64,000 bases of DNA, taken from positions 422,314-486,313 of the forward strand of contig CAVPVX010000011.1 of NCBI GenBank assembly GCA_963709345.1, written 5' to 3'. The notes under the pieces are model-generated. The model searched no databases. It was not told the DNA's origin and was given only the letters and a program-made list of their open reading frames with translations. The DNA is from an uncultured Actinomycetes bacterium. GTDB lineage: Bacteria; Actinomycetota; Thermoleophilia; UBA2241. The translations under genes and the position numbers were made by a program. Positions 1 to 7,440 of the stretch are shown here, in pieces (the stretch's first letter is position 1; every line of letters starts with the position of its first letter).

Positions 1-993
1 CACGTGTTGCGGCGGGACCTGCCGGCTGTCGCCGAGGTACTGCTTGACGTAGTTCTTGACGTCTCGGACGAACGTCTTGCCGCCACCGCCGGCTCCGCGG
101 AGTTCGTACTGAAGGACCTGGACGAGCGGGCCGTTCCCGCTCAAGAAGATGGCCGGTGCAGTGGGCTTGCCGCCGGCCCTGTCCACCGACGAGGTCATTG
201 AGCGCCGGATTGTGGACGGCGCTGAGCCCAACCAGAGTCTTGCCAGAGCCCGGCACGCCGGTGACGAGCACGAGGTGGCGCGTATGGGTGTCGGGCTGCC
301 TCGTGGGCGATCCGCGCGATCTCGTCGATTGCCGGCTGGGTCTCGGCGCGAGCCCGATGAATCGGCCGAACCTTGCCCTCTAGGAAGAGTTCGCGCGCCG
401 CCTGAACCAGCGTAGGGAGAGGGCAGTAGGCGTCGTGGGCGAGGAACTCCTCAGCCGTGAGCGGGCCATCTTCCCACGGCCGCTGGAAGTCGGCGATGAG
501 CTGATGTAGAGATGCCGGTCCGCAGATGTGCACGCCGTCGCGCACGCCGATGTAGCCGGGTGCTTGCGTCGGCACGACGACCGCGTGCACTTCGCGCTCT
601 GCACAGTGCCTGTGGTAGCAGCGGAGGTCACGCGCGTACGCCGATGCCTGGTCGAGGTCAGCCTGGTCAGGCTCGGCCTTGCCCTTCAGTTCGAGGACCA
701 CCACGGCGCCATTGATGAGCAGAACGACGTCTGGGCGACGCGACTCCATCGGCAGCTCGTACTCAAGAATGGCGGTGTACTGGTCGGCAAGCCCATCAAT
801 CTCGACGACCTTGCCAGCCTCCACCTGGATCTTCGGGATGGAGTCGTCCCAGGCGCGGATCTTGCGAGTCGCCGGTCTCGCCGAGGAACTCCTCCAGAGA
901 GATGCGGACGATGCGCGGCTCAGCCTCCGAGAAGGTGGGGAAGTCGCTCTCCCAGCCGTAGCGTGCGCGTGCGGAATCGGACTCAGGCGTCAT
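1..993 (-). CDS. DUF2075-like nuclease/P-loop helicase protein, partial at window edge, frameshifted
   Basis: ORFs 796-993 and 195-824 join across frameshifts. N-terminal PD-(D/E)xK-like motif (RRPDVVLL...VVLELKG); Walker A HLVLVTGVPGSGKTLVGL in another frame near 220-290; GPLVQVLQYEL downstream. Confidence 0.7.
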
Positions 994-1115
994 GAAGTCG
1001 CTCCAATGTCGGCCCCTGCGCTGGCAGTGACGATACTAGTTGACGATTCGGACGGAGCTCAAGGAATCGAGGCTCGACGATCCTAGTTTGATCGTGGCAC
1101 ACTCGCCCTGCTGAC

Positions 1116-1145
1116 CCGAACCCGCGACCCCGGGAGGTCCTCATG
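1116..1145 (+). repeat. 30-bp recurring motif, copy 1 (contains RBS and ATG of zinc-ribbon gene)
   Basis: CCGAACCCGCGACCCCGGGAGGTCCTCATG; 28/30 identical to 7284-7313; its last 26 nt are identical to 5488-5513. Confidence 0.9.
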
Positions 1146-1682
1146 GGCGAGCTCCTTGCCGTCACCTGCGACTCGTGCGGCGAGCCGATGGTCCCCAACG
1201 TGAGCACGCTGGACGACGACGGCTGCGGCTGGATCTGCCTGAGCCCCGGCTGCCCGGAGCTGGCTGCCGGGGAGCTGGAGGCCGAGGACCTGGTGGAGGC
1301 CGGCGTGCCGGAGGCGCTCGCCGGCCGTCTCGCGCGGCTGGTCGATCACTACGTGGACGCGGAGGAGGCGCGCGGCCGTGAGGCGGACGCGCCCGCGCGG
1401 GCGCGCGAGCGGGCGCAGGCCGATCTCGCGCGCCTCCACGCGCTCCTGCTCGAGCTGGGGCGCCTCGCCGAAGGCGCAGGCGCCCTCGCCGCCCATCTGA
1501 GCGACTCGCTCGTCGTCTCGTACCACTCGGACGACTTCGATGAGGCCGAGCAAGCCCGCCAGGCCCTCGCCGCCGTCGGCGCCCTCTGCGGCGTCCTGCG
1601 CCGCACCGCCGGCGACGCCCAGGACCATCTCGCCGGCGTCGACTCCGAGCTGCCGGGGCTGCTCGCCACAGACCACTTCTGA
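1143..1682 (+). CDS. Hypothetical zinc-ribbon plus helical protein (gene X, copy 1)
   Basis: 179 aa, GGAGG RBS. CDSCGEPMV...WICLSPGC resembles a C4 zinc ribbon; acidic/Ala-rich helical C-terminus; near-identical paralog at 5511-6050. Confidence 0.8.
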   Translation: MGELLAVTCDSCGEPMVPNVSTLDDDGCGWICLSPGCPELAAGELEAEDLVEAGVPEALAGRLARLVDHYVDAEEARGREADAPARARERAQADLARLHALLLELGRLAEGAGALAAHLSDSLVVSYHSDDFDEAEQARQALAAVGALCGVLRRTAGDAQDHLAGVDSELPGLLATDHF

Positions 1683-1700
1683 GGCGCCCCCACTCCGCAA

Positions 1701-1777
1701 CGTCCACCGCGAGTGGCCATCGTCACTCTGGTCGTCGCGGCGCGCGCGTCGCAGGCTTCATGCATGCCCGCTGTCAC
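1701..1777. repeat. Conserved non-coding element downstream of gene X, copy 1
   Basis: Gapless alignment with 6069-6145, both starting 18 nt after the X stop: CGTCCAC-N5-GTnGCnATCGTCACTCTGGT-N15-GTCGCAnGCT-N6-ATGnCnnCTGnC. Confidence 0.75.
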
Positions 1778-1855
1778 CTCCACACGCACTCGCGCCCGCC
1801 TCTGCCGGTCTCCATCAGTGGCCCGCAACGTCACCCTCATCCCGCCGCAACGTTG

Positions 1856-1883
1856 TTGCTCTCGGACGCGGGAAAGGTATACT
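1856..1883 (+). promoter_or_regulatory. Putative sigma70-type promoter upstream of hairpin-NYN unit
   Basis: TTGCTC-N16-TATACT; predicts a transcription start near 1890. Confidence 0.55.
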
Positions 1884-1889
1884 CGTCTC

Positions 1890-1937
1890 AATCCTCCCCG
1901 CCGTCCGGGTAGTGCCGCACCGGCGGGGCTTTCTTTT
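1890..1937 (+). ncRNA. Putative small structured RNA / leader terminator upstream of NYN gene, copy 1
   Basis: CCCCGCCG...CGGCGGGG stem followed by CTTTCTTTT; conserved with 4779-4824. Confidence 0.55.
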
Positions 1938-1957
1938 GACCATTCTCGGACGCCGTC

Positions 1958-2585
1958 GTGACTGCCGGGTCGTCCCGGCGGGTGGTCGTCTTCCTCGACT
2001 ATCAGAACGTCTATCACCGCGCTCGTGAGGCCTTCTGTGCCCGAGACGCCCCGGCTCGCGAAGGCCAGGTTGATCTGCTCGCGTCTGGGTCGTCTGTTGG
2101 CGTCCCGAGTCTCGGGCGGCAGCCTCACAAGCGTCCGCGCCTATCGCGGTCGACCAAGCAGGCGGCTTGACCCGCGCTCCTACGCCGCGTTCCGGCGGCA
2201 GACGTGGGCGCAGGCCGAGCGCGGCGCCGGGCTTGTGACCGTCATCGCTCGCGACCTGCGCTATCCGCCTGACTGGCCGACATGGCGCGCTCAGGAGAAG
2301 GGAATCGATGTCGCGCTTGCGGTCGACTTCGTGATGATGGCCGCTCGCCACGAGCACGACGTCGGCGTCTTGTTCTCCAGCGACACAGATCTTGTGCCTG
2401 CGTTGGAGGCGGTGATCGCTCTGCGACCCGGGAGCCCGCCTGCGTGCGAAGTAGCGGCCTGGGCAGCACCCGGCATGCGCCCACGGACGCTCTCGGTGAG
2501 GGGCGTGCGGCTCCGTCGTCACCTGCTCACAGAGGCCGACTTCCGAGCGGTCGCGGATCCAACGGACTACGCGCGCACGCCATGA
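1958..2585 (+). CDS. NYN-domain (LabA/DUF88, PIN-like fold) ribonuclease, copy 1, one frameshift near 2075
   Basis: VVVFLDYQNVYH, QEKGIDVALAVD and LFSSDTDLVPALE motifs, split over ORFs 1958-2170 and 2025-2585. Confidence 0.85.
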
Positions 2586-2609
2586 GCGCGCTGCCCCGGC
2601 GCGTCAGCG

Positions 2610-2920
2610 CCGGGAGGTCCTCAGGGCGAGCCTCCGCACCGCGACTCCTGCTCGAGCTGGGGCGCCTCGCCGAAGGCGCAGGCGCGACGCTGCGCCGCCC
2701 ACCTGAGCCCGACTGCCGGAGCTGGCTGCCGGGGAGCTGGAGGCCGGACTGGCGGACGACGTTACGCCGAGGCCGGCCAGGAGTCGAAGCAGGCGCTCGC
2801 GGCCGATCTGGCGCCCTCTGCGCCATCTGCTGAGCCGACGGCCGGCGAGGCGCAGGCGCCTGGCCGCCCGCCTGGATCGACTCCGAGCTGCAGGGGCTGC
2901 TCACCGTGGGCGAGTTCTGA
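2610..2920 (+). pseudogene. Scrambled/degenerate third copy of gene X, with motif copy 2
   Basis: Starts CCGGGAGGTCCTCAGGGCGAGC (ATG lost), contains out-of-order blocks of X and ends DSELQGLLTVGEF* like X. May be an assembly consensus artefact. Confidence 0.7.
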
Positions 2921-2974
2921 CTCGTCGCGCTTCGCGTTGAAGGCGGCGCCGGGCGGCGGCCGGAGTCAGGATGG

Positions 2975-2989
2975 TTGACAATTAGTCAA
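2975..2989. promoter_or_regulatory. Palindromic operator candidate upstream of XRE gene
   Basis: TTGAC-AATTA-GTCAA inverted repeat; extended -10-like TGATAGAAT at 3018-3026. Confidence 0.45.
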
Positions 2990-3058
2990 TCGGTCTTGCC
3001 TTCGATGCAATCGGGAATGATAGAATCACAAGCGCTATCGCGACCCGAAGGAGATGCC

Positions 3059-3400
3059 GTGCCGGCAGCCTTGGACACTCAAGCCAGCCTCGTGGCTCGA
3101 ATCGTCGAGTTCAGGCAGCAGAGGGACCTCAACCAGAAGCAGCTCGCCGAGGCCATCGGCATTGACCCGGCGTCGATGAACCGCGTCGAGAAGGGAGAGC
3201 GCTCTGTCTCTGTGGCCGAACTCGTCCGGCTGGCATCTGTGCTGAACGTGCGTGTCGAGGATCTGCTCACGTCCACCGAGCCCGTTCAGAGTATCTGGCT
3301 TCGGGCGTCGGGCGAGTCGTCTGCGGTGGTCGTTGAGTCGCTGGACCTCTTTCGAGATGTCATCCGCGACTACTTCGGCGCGCGAGCGACGGTGGAGTAG
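3059..3400 (+). CDS. XRE-family HTH transcriptional regulator
   Basis: RQQRDLNQKQLAEAIGIDPASMNRVEKGERSVSVAELVRLA; AAGGAG RBS before GTG. Confidence 0.9.
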   Translation: MPAALDTQASLVARIVEFRQQRDLNQKQLAEAIGIDPASMNRVEKGERSVSVAELVRLASVLNVRVEDLLTSTEPVQSIWLRASGESSAVVVESLDLFRDVIRDYFGARATVE

Positions 3401-3406
3401 ACGAGC

Positions 3407-4168
3407 GTGAGCGGATCTCCTGAGAATGCGGCGCGTGAGGCGCGACGCGATCTCTCACTCGGTGCCGACGGGCCTGTCTCCGATCTTCTTCAGCGCATTG
3501 AGATCGGCGATGGAGTCAATGTCGTTCTCGCGAAGCTGCCGGAGGGTGGCCCGGCGGGCGCGTACACGCGGGAGCGCGACGTGCCGTTCATCCTCGTCAA
3601 CTCGCGGGAGCCTGTCGTCCGCCAGCGATTCACGCTTGCGCACGAGTACGGCCATCACCGTCTTGGCCACGGGAGCGTCTGCGACGAGCGCATCTGGTGG
3701 GGAGCGACCGACGCACGGGAGGTCGCAGCCAATCGCTTCGCTGCCGAGTTTCTCGTTCCGGTCGCGGGTGTCGATCTCTGGTTCCAGGCAGAGCAACCAG
3801 ACACCGTCGGCCTCGAGACGCTTGTGCGCTTGGCCAACTCGTTCGGCGTGAGCTGCGAGACGGCGCTCTGGCGCATCAAGGCGGCTCGGCGCATGAGCGC
3901 CTCGGCGGCCGATCGAGTAAAGAGGCGGCTGGACGCTCACGAACATCACGGACTGCGTAGCGAGCTCGGACTCAGTGTGATCGCTGACACGATCAGCATG
4001 GCCCAGGGCCTCGAGGTCCGTGTGCCGTCTCGCATGTCGAGCGACGTGGTCAAGGCTCTGGAGTTCGGCATCATCACTCGGGAGCAGGCGGCCGAGAAGC
4101 TGCGCCTGACGGCGTCGCAGCTGGACATCGCGCTGGAGGATCGCAGCCGGGCGCAAGAAGACGAGTAG
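3407..4168 (+). CDS. ImmA/IrrE-family metallopeptidase
   Basis: RQRFTLAHEYGH (HExxH) and EVAANRFAAEFLVP. Confidence 0.92.
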   Translation: MSGSPENAAREARRDLSLGADGPVSDLLQRIEIGDGVNVVLAKLPEGGPAGAYTRERDVPFILVNSREPVVRQRFTLAHEYGHHRLGHGSVCDERIWWGATDAREVAANRFAAEFLVPVAGVDLWFQAEQPDTVGLETLVRLANSFGVSCETALWRIKAARRMSASAADRVKRRLDAHEHHGLRSELGLSVIADTISMAQGLEVRVPSRMSSDVVKALEFGIITREQAAEKLRLTASQLDIALEDRSRAQEDE

Positions 4169-4174
4169 ACGAAG

Positions 4175-4768
4175 ATGCCGGCCCCCGTCGAGAAGGCCTC
4201 GGTGCCTGTTGTCGCCGGTGCCGAGATCGTCGTGGCCGACACGTCGCCCATTAGGGTTTTCGTTGAGGCCGGTGCTCAACGTGCGTTCGCGGACTACCTG
4301 GGCACCCGCGTTCGGATCACCGTAGATGTCAGGCGTGAGCTTGAAGATGCTGCGCGGTCCCTGGCGGGGCTGCGGCTTCTACTACGGGAGTGGCCTCCGA
4401 GCGACCCAGTCGATTTGCCGCTGGCCCTCATGCAGAAGGCCACGGACATCCTCGGCTTCATCGCCGACGATCCGCGGGCCAGCCTCCAAGACCTGGGCGA
4501 AGTGACGAGCGTCCTCCTGGCCGAGCATTTGCGGGCCATTGGCGAGTGCCGGCGCCCGCTCTTGCTTCTGGACGACGCGCGCCACGGCAAGAGCCTCGCC
4601 AGGCCCCGAGGTCTCGACGTTGTCGACACGCCGGGGCTCGTCGTTGAGATGGTCTGTGCCGAGGCGATCTCGCGGGAGCTCGGCAAGAAGGTCTGGCGGG
4701 CCGCGTTCTCTGATCGAAGCAAGTGGCCGGCGTTCGATGAACGACTTCTGCGGACTTGCGGCAAATAG
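4175..4768 (+). CDS. PIN-like domain protein (partner of XRE/IrrE)
   Basis: VVADTSP, DLGEVTSVLLA and LLLLDD acidic PIN-type motifs; sits after XRE-IrrE. Confidence 0.7.
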   Translation: MPAPVEKASVPVVAGAEIVVADTSPIRVFVEAGAQRAFADYLGTRVRITVDVRRELEDAARSLAGLRLLLREWPPSDPVDLPLALMQKATDILGFIADDPRASLQDLGEVTSVLLAEHLRAIGECRRPLLLLDDARHGKSLARPRGLDVVDTPGLVVEMVCAEAISRELGKKVWRAAFSDRSKWPAFDERLLRTCGK

Positions 4769-4778
4769 TCGGCAATCG

Positions 4779-4824
4779 TCCTCCCCGCCGTCCGGGTCCG
4801 CCCGCACAGGCGGGGCTTTTTCTT
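4779..4824 (+). ncRNA. Putative small structured RNA / leader terminator upstream of NYN gene, copy 2
   Basis: TCCTCCCCGCCGTCCGGGT-ccgc-CCGCAC-a-GGCGGGGCTTTTTCTT; matches the 1892-1937 copy except in the loop, one bulge base and the U-tract. Confidence 0.55.
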
Positions 4825-4844
4825 GCGACCTACGGCGCGTGCCC

Positions 4845-5471
4845 GTGACCAGCCCGGTATCGCAACGCGTCGTCGTCTTTCTGGACTATCAGAACGTGTA
4901 TCACCGTGCCCGCGATGCGTTCTGCTCTCCCCGTGCTTCTGCGAACGAGGGCCAAGTCGATCCGGTGGCGCTCGGCCATCTGCTCGCGGCCCGCGTCCCC
5001 GGCGGCTGCCTCTCGGGCGTACGTGTCTATCGCGGCCGTCCCAGTCAGCGTCGCGGACTACGGTCCCACGCCGCGTGTCGGCGACAGTCGGCCCGATAGG
5101 TCAGTCGCGGGGACGGCCTCGTCGTAGTGATGTCGCGCGAACTGCGCTATCCCCCCGACTGGCCAAGGCGACCCGCTCAGGAGAAGGGTATCGACGTTGC
5201 CCTTGCCGTGGATGTCGTCATGCTGATCGCTCGCCGTGAATGCGACGTGGGCATCCTGTTCTCAAGCGACACGGACCTGGTCCCGGCATTGGAGGCGGTT
5301 CTGGCGCTGCGGCCCGGTGAGGTGGTGGCGTGCGAGGTGGCCGCTTGGGCTGCCCCCGGCAGGCGCCCGCGTTCGCTTTCGGTGCGCGGCGCGGTTATCC
5401 GGAGCCACCACCTTACGGAGACCGACTACCGCGCCGTGGCAGATCCGACTGACTACACGCGCACCGAGTGA
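4845..5471 (+). pseudogene. NYN-domain ribonuclease, copy 2, with in-frame TAG at 5097-5099
   Basis: Same NYN motifs as copy 1; the TAG aligns with Gln (CAG) in copy 1 and the frame continues to 5471. Confidence 0.75.
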
Positions 5472-5487
5472 CCGGCGCTGCCGCGTC

Positions 5488-5513
5488 ACCCGCGACCCCG
5501 GGAGGTCCTCATG
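5488..5513 (+). repeat. Recurring motif, copy 3
   Basis: ACCCGCGACCCCGGGAGGTCCTCATG, identical to 1120-1145. Confidence 0.9.
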
Positions 5514-6050
5514 GGCGAGCTCCTTGCCGTCACCTGCGACTCGTGCGGCGAGCCGATGGTCCCCAACGTGAGCACGCTGGACGACGACGGCTGCGGCTGG
5601 ATCTGCCTGAGCCCCGGCTGCCCGGAGCTGGCTGCCGGGGAGCTGGAGGCCGAGGACCTGGTGGAGGCCGGCGTGCCGCAGGCGCTCGCCGGCCGTCTCG
5701 CGCGGCTCATTGATCACTACGTGGACGCGGAGGAGGCGCGCGGCCGTGAGGCGGACGCGCCCGCGCGGGCGCGCGAGCGGGCGCAGGCCGATCTCGCGCG
5801 CCTCCACGCGCTCCTGCTCGAGCTGGGGCGCCTGGCCGAAGGCGCAGGCGCCCTCGCCGCCCAGCTGAGCGACGCGCTCGCCGTCTCGTACCACTCGGGC
5901 GACTTCGCCGAGGCCGAGCAAGCCCGCCAGACCCTCGCCGCCGCCGGCGCCCTCTGCGGCGTCCTCCGTCGCACCGCCGGCGACGCCCAGGACCATCTCG
6001 CCGGCGTCGACCCCGAGCTGCCGGGGCTGCTCGCTACGGGCGAGCTCTGA
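5511..6050 (+). CDS. Hypothetical zinc-ribbon plus helical protein (gene X, copy 2)
   Basis: 179 aa; 13 amino-acid differences from 1143-1682 by manual comparison. Confidence 0.8.
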   Translation: MGELLAVTCDSCGEPMVPNVSTLDDDGCGWICLSPGCPELAAGELEAEDLVEAGVPQALAGRLARLIDHYVDAEEARGREADAPARARERAQADLARLHALLLELGRLAEGAGALAAQLSDALAVSYHSGDFAEAEQARQTLAAAGALCGVLRRTAGDAQDHLAGVDPELPGLLATGEL

Positions 6051-6068
6051 CAAGTCGAAGCCTGTGAT

Positions 6069-6145
6069 CGTCCACTCCACGTCGCGATCGTCACTCTGGT
6101 ACGTGGCCTCTCGGAGTCGCAAGCTGTGCCTATGACTCCTGCCGC
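6069..6145. repeat. Conserved non-coding element downstream of gene X, copy 2
   Basis: Gapless block-wise match to 1701-1777. Confidence 0.75.
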
Positions 6146-6216
6146 GACAACTGTGGCTCCTCGCATTCTCCGCACAGGGGCGCCTTGCGTTGTGCATGCG
6201 GTAGCGACTAGCATTA

Positions 6217-6232
6217 GTAGTCAAATGACTAC
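6217..6232. promoter_or_regulatory. Operator palindrome overlapping start of MNT gene
   Basis: GTAGTCA-AA-TGACTAC perfect arms over the ATG at 6225; TTGCGT-N18-TAGCAT just upstream. Confidence 0.6.
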
Positions 6233-6833
6233 GAATCACAGTCACAGCGGGATCTCGGCGCTCTTCGCCTCCGCGACCCTGGGCCAGTTGCTCTACCTCT
6301 TCATGCTCGAGCCGGGGCGCGAGTACTACCAGCGCGAGCTGCAGCGACTCAGCGGCGCCCACCTGAGGCAGTTGCAGCGCGATCTCGAGCGGCTGCAGCG
6401 GTCGGGGCTGGTCGCTTGTCGTACCCACGGCAACCGCACGTACTACCGGGCAGTGCCGGCGCATCCGGCGTTCGCGGATCTGCGCGTCGCGGTCATGAAG
6501 ACGCTGGGCCTTGGCAACGAGCTGGGCGCTGCGCTGGCAGGCCTCGGTGACGCGGTCACCCTTGCCTTCGTCTACGGCTCCTTCGCGCGCGGGGACGATG
6601 TTGCCGCGAGCGACGTGGACTTGTTCATCGTGGGGTCATCGACGCGGCGCGCTGTCGCGAGCGCTCTGGCGGACGTGGCGCGCTCATTGGGCCGCGAGCT
6701 GAATCCGGTCATCCTGACGCCCGCGGACCTCACCGGACGGTGGCGCGCCGGCGACCATTTCGTCACATCCGTCCTCGCCGGCCCGCGGATCTGGCTCGTC
6801 GGTGACGACGCCTCGCTTGCAGCACTGGCTTGA
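6225..6833 (+). CDS. HTH plus minimal nucleotidyltransferase (MNT) antitoxin
   Basis: N-terminal winged-HTH-like segment; AFVYGSFARGDDVAASDVDLFIVG (GS-x-DxD). Confidence 0.88.
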   Translation: MTTNHSHSGISALFASATLGQLLYLFMLEPGREYYQRELQRLSGAHLRQLQRDLERLQRSGLVACRTHGNRTYYRAVPAHPAFADLRVAVMKTLGLGNELGAALAGLGDAVTLAFVYGSFARGDDVAASDVDLFIVGSSTRRAVASALADVARSLGRELNPVILTPADLTGRWRAGDHFVTSVLAGPRIWLVGDDASLAALA

Positions 6834-7266
6834 CGCCGGCGCTCTGCGGCGGCACCGTACCTCGCGGCGTGAGGTCGCGGACCTCCTGGCGGTCGCGGAA
6901 CGCGACGTTGCCGATGCCCGCGTGACCGCGCTTTCGCTGGATCGGAGATTCGCGACCGCCTATTCCGCGGCGCTGCAACTGGCGACGATCGTGCTCGCGG
7001 CTTCGGGCCTCAGGACCACGGCTCAGCGCGGGCACCACGTCGTGACGTGGCAGGCGCTGCCCGAGCTCATGGGCGTCGCCATCGGCGACACCGCCGCCTA
7101 CTTCGATTCGTGCCGGACCTTGAGAAACCGGAGCGACTACGACCGCGTCGGCGTCGCATCCGAGGCGGAGGTCGACGAGGTCCTGCGCGAGACCGATATC
7201 TTTCGCGATCAGGTCGTCGACTGGCTGAACCGCGAGCATCCGCTACTCGTGGGGGGCCCCAGCTAG
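6802..7266 (+). CDS. HEPN-domain protein (MNT-HEPN pair)
   Basis: Overlaps MNT; AYSAALQLA, GHH and RTLRNRSDYD (Rx4Y-type HEPN motif). Confidence 0.8.
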   Translation: MTTPRLQHWLDAGALRRHRTSRREVADLLAVAERDVADARVTALSLDRRFATAYSAALQLATIVLAASGLRTTAQRGHHVVTWQALPELMGVAIGDTAAYFDSCRTLRNRSDYDRVGVASEAEVDEVLRETDIFRDQVVDWLNREHPLLVGGPS

Positions 7267-7283
7267 AGGTCGGGCTCGCGCCG

Positions 7284-7313
7284 CCGAACCCTCGACTCCG
7301 GGAGGTCCTCATG
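7284..7313 (+). repeat. Recurring motif, copy 4 (right boundary of island)
   Basis: CCGAACCCTCGACTCCGGGAGGTCCTCATG; similarity to gene X stops right after the ATG. Confidence 0.9.
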
Positions 7314-7440
7314 CCGGACGGCGGCTACGCTGACCGTCAACTAAGCGGCGGACAACCCTGAGCAAAGGGGTCGGCGGCGGGGCGTGATGACCAGCCGGAG
7401 CATCTCCGCGTGGATCCGCGGCTTCGCCGCAGCCGGCGTG

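Noticed and set aside
5097-5099. Pyrrolysine read-through of the TAG in NYN copy 2
   Set aside because: TAG is a normal stop in many genes here (infC, argR, XRE), the MttB genes have no in-frame TAG, and no pyl genes are visible.
1143-6050. Diversity-generating retroelement (X copies as TR/VR)
   Set aside because: Differences are not confined to adenines of either copy, and there is no reverse transcriptase in the window.
1116-7313. CRISPR array or classical integron
   Set aside because: Repeats are kilobases apart and include an RBS/ATG; no cas genes, no intI and no attC-type RYYYAAC...GTTRRRY hairpins seen.
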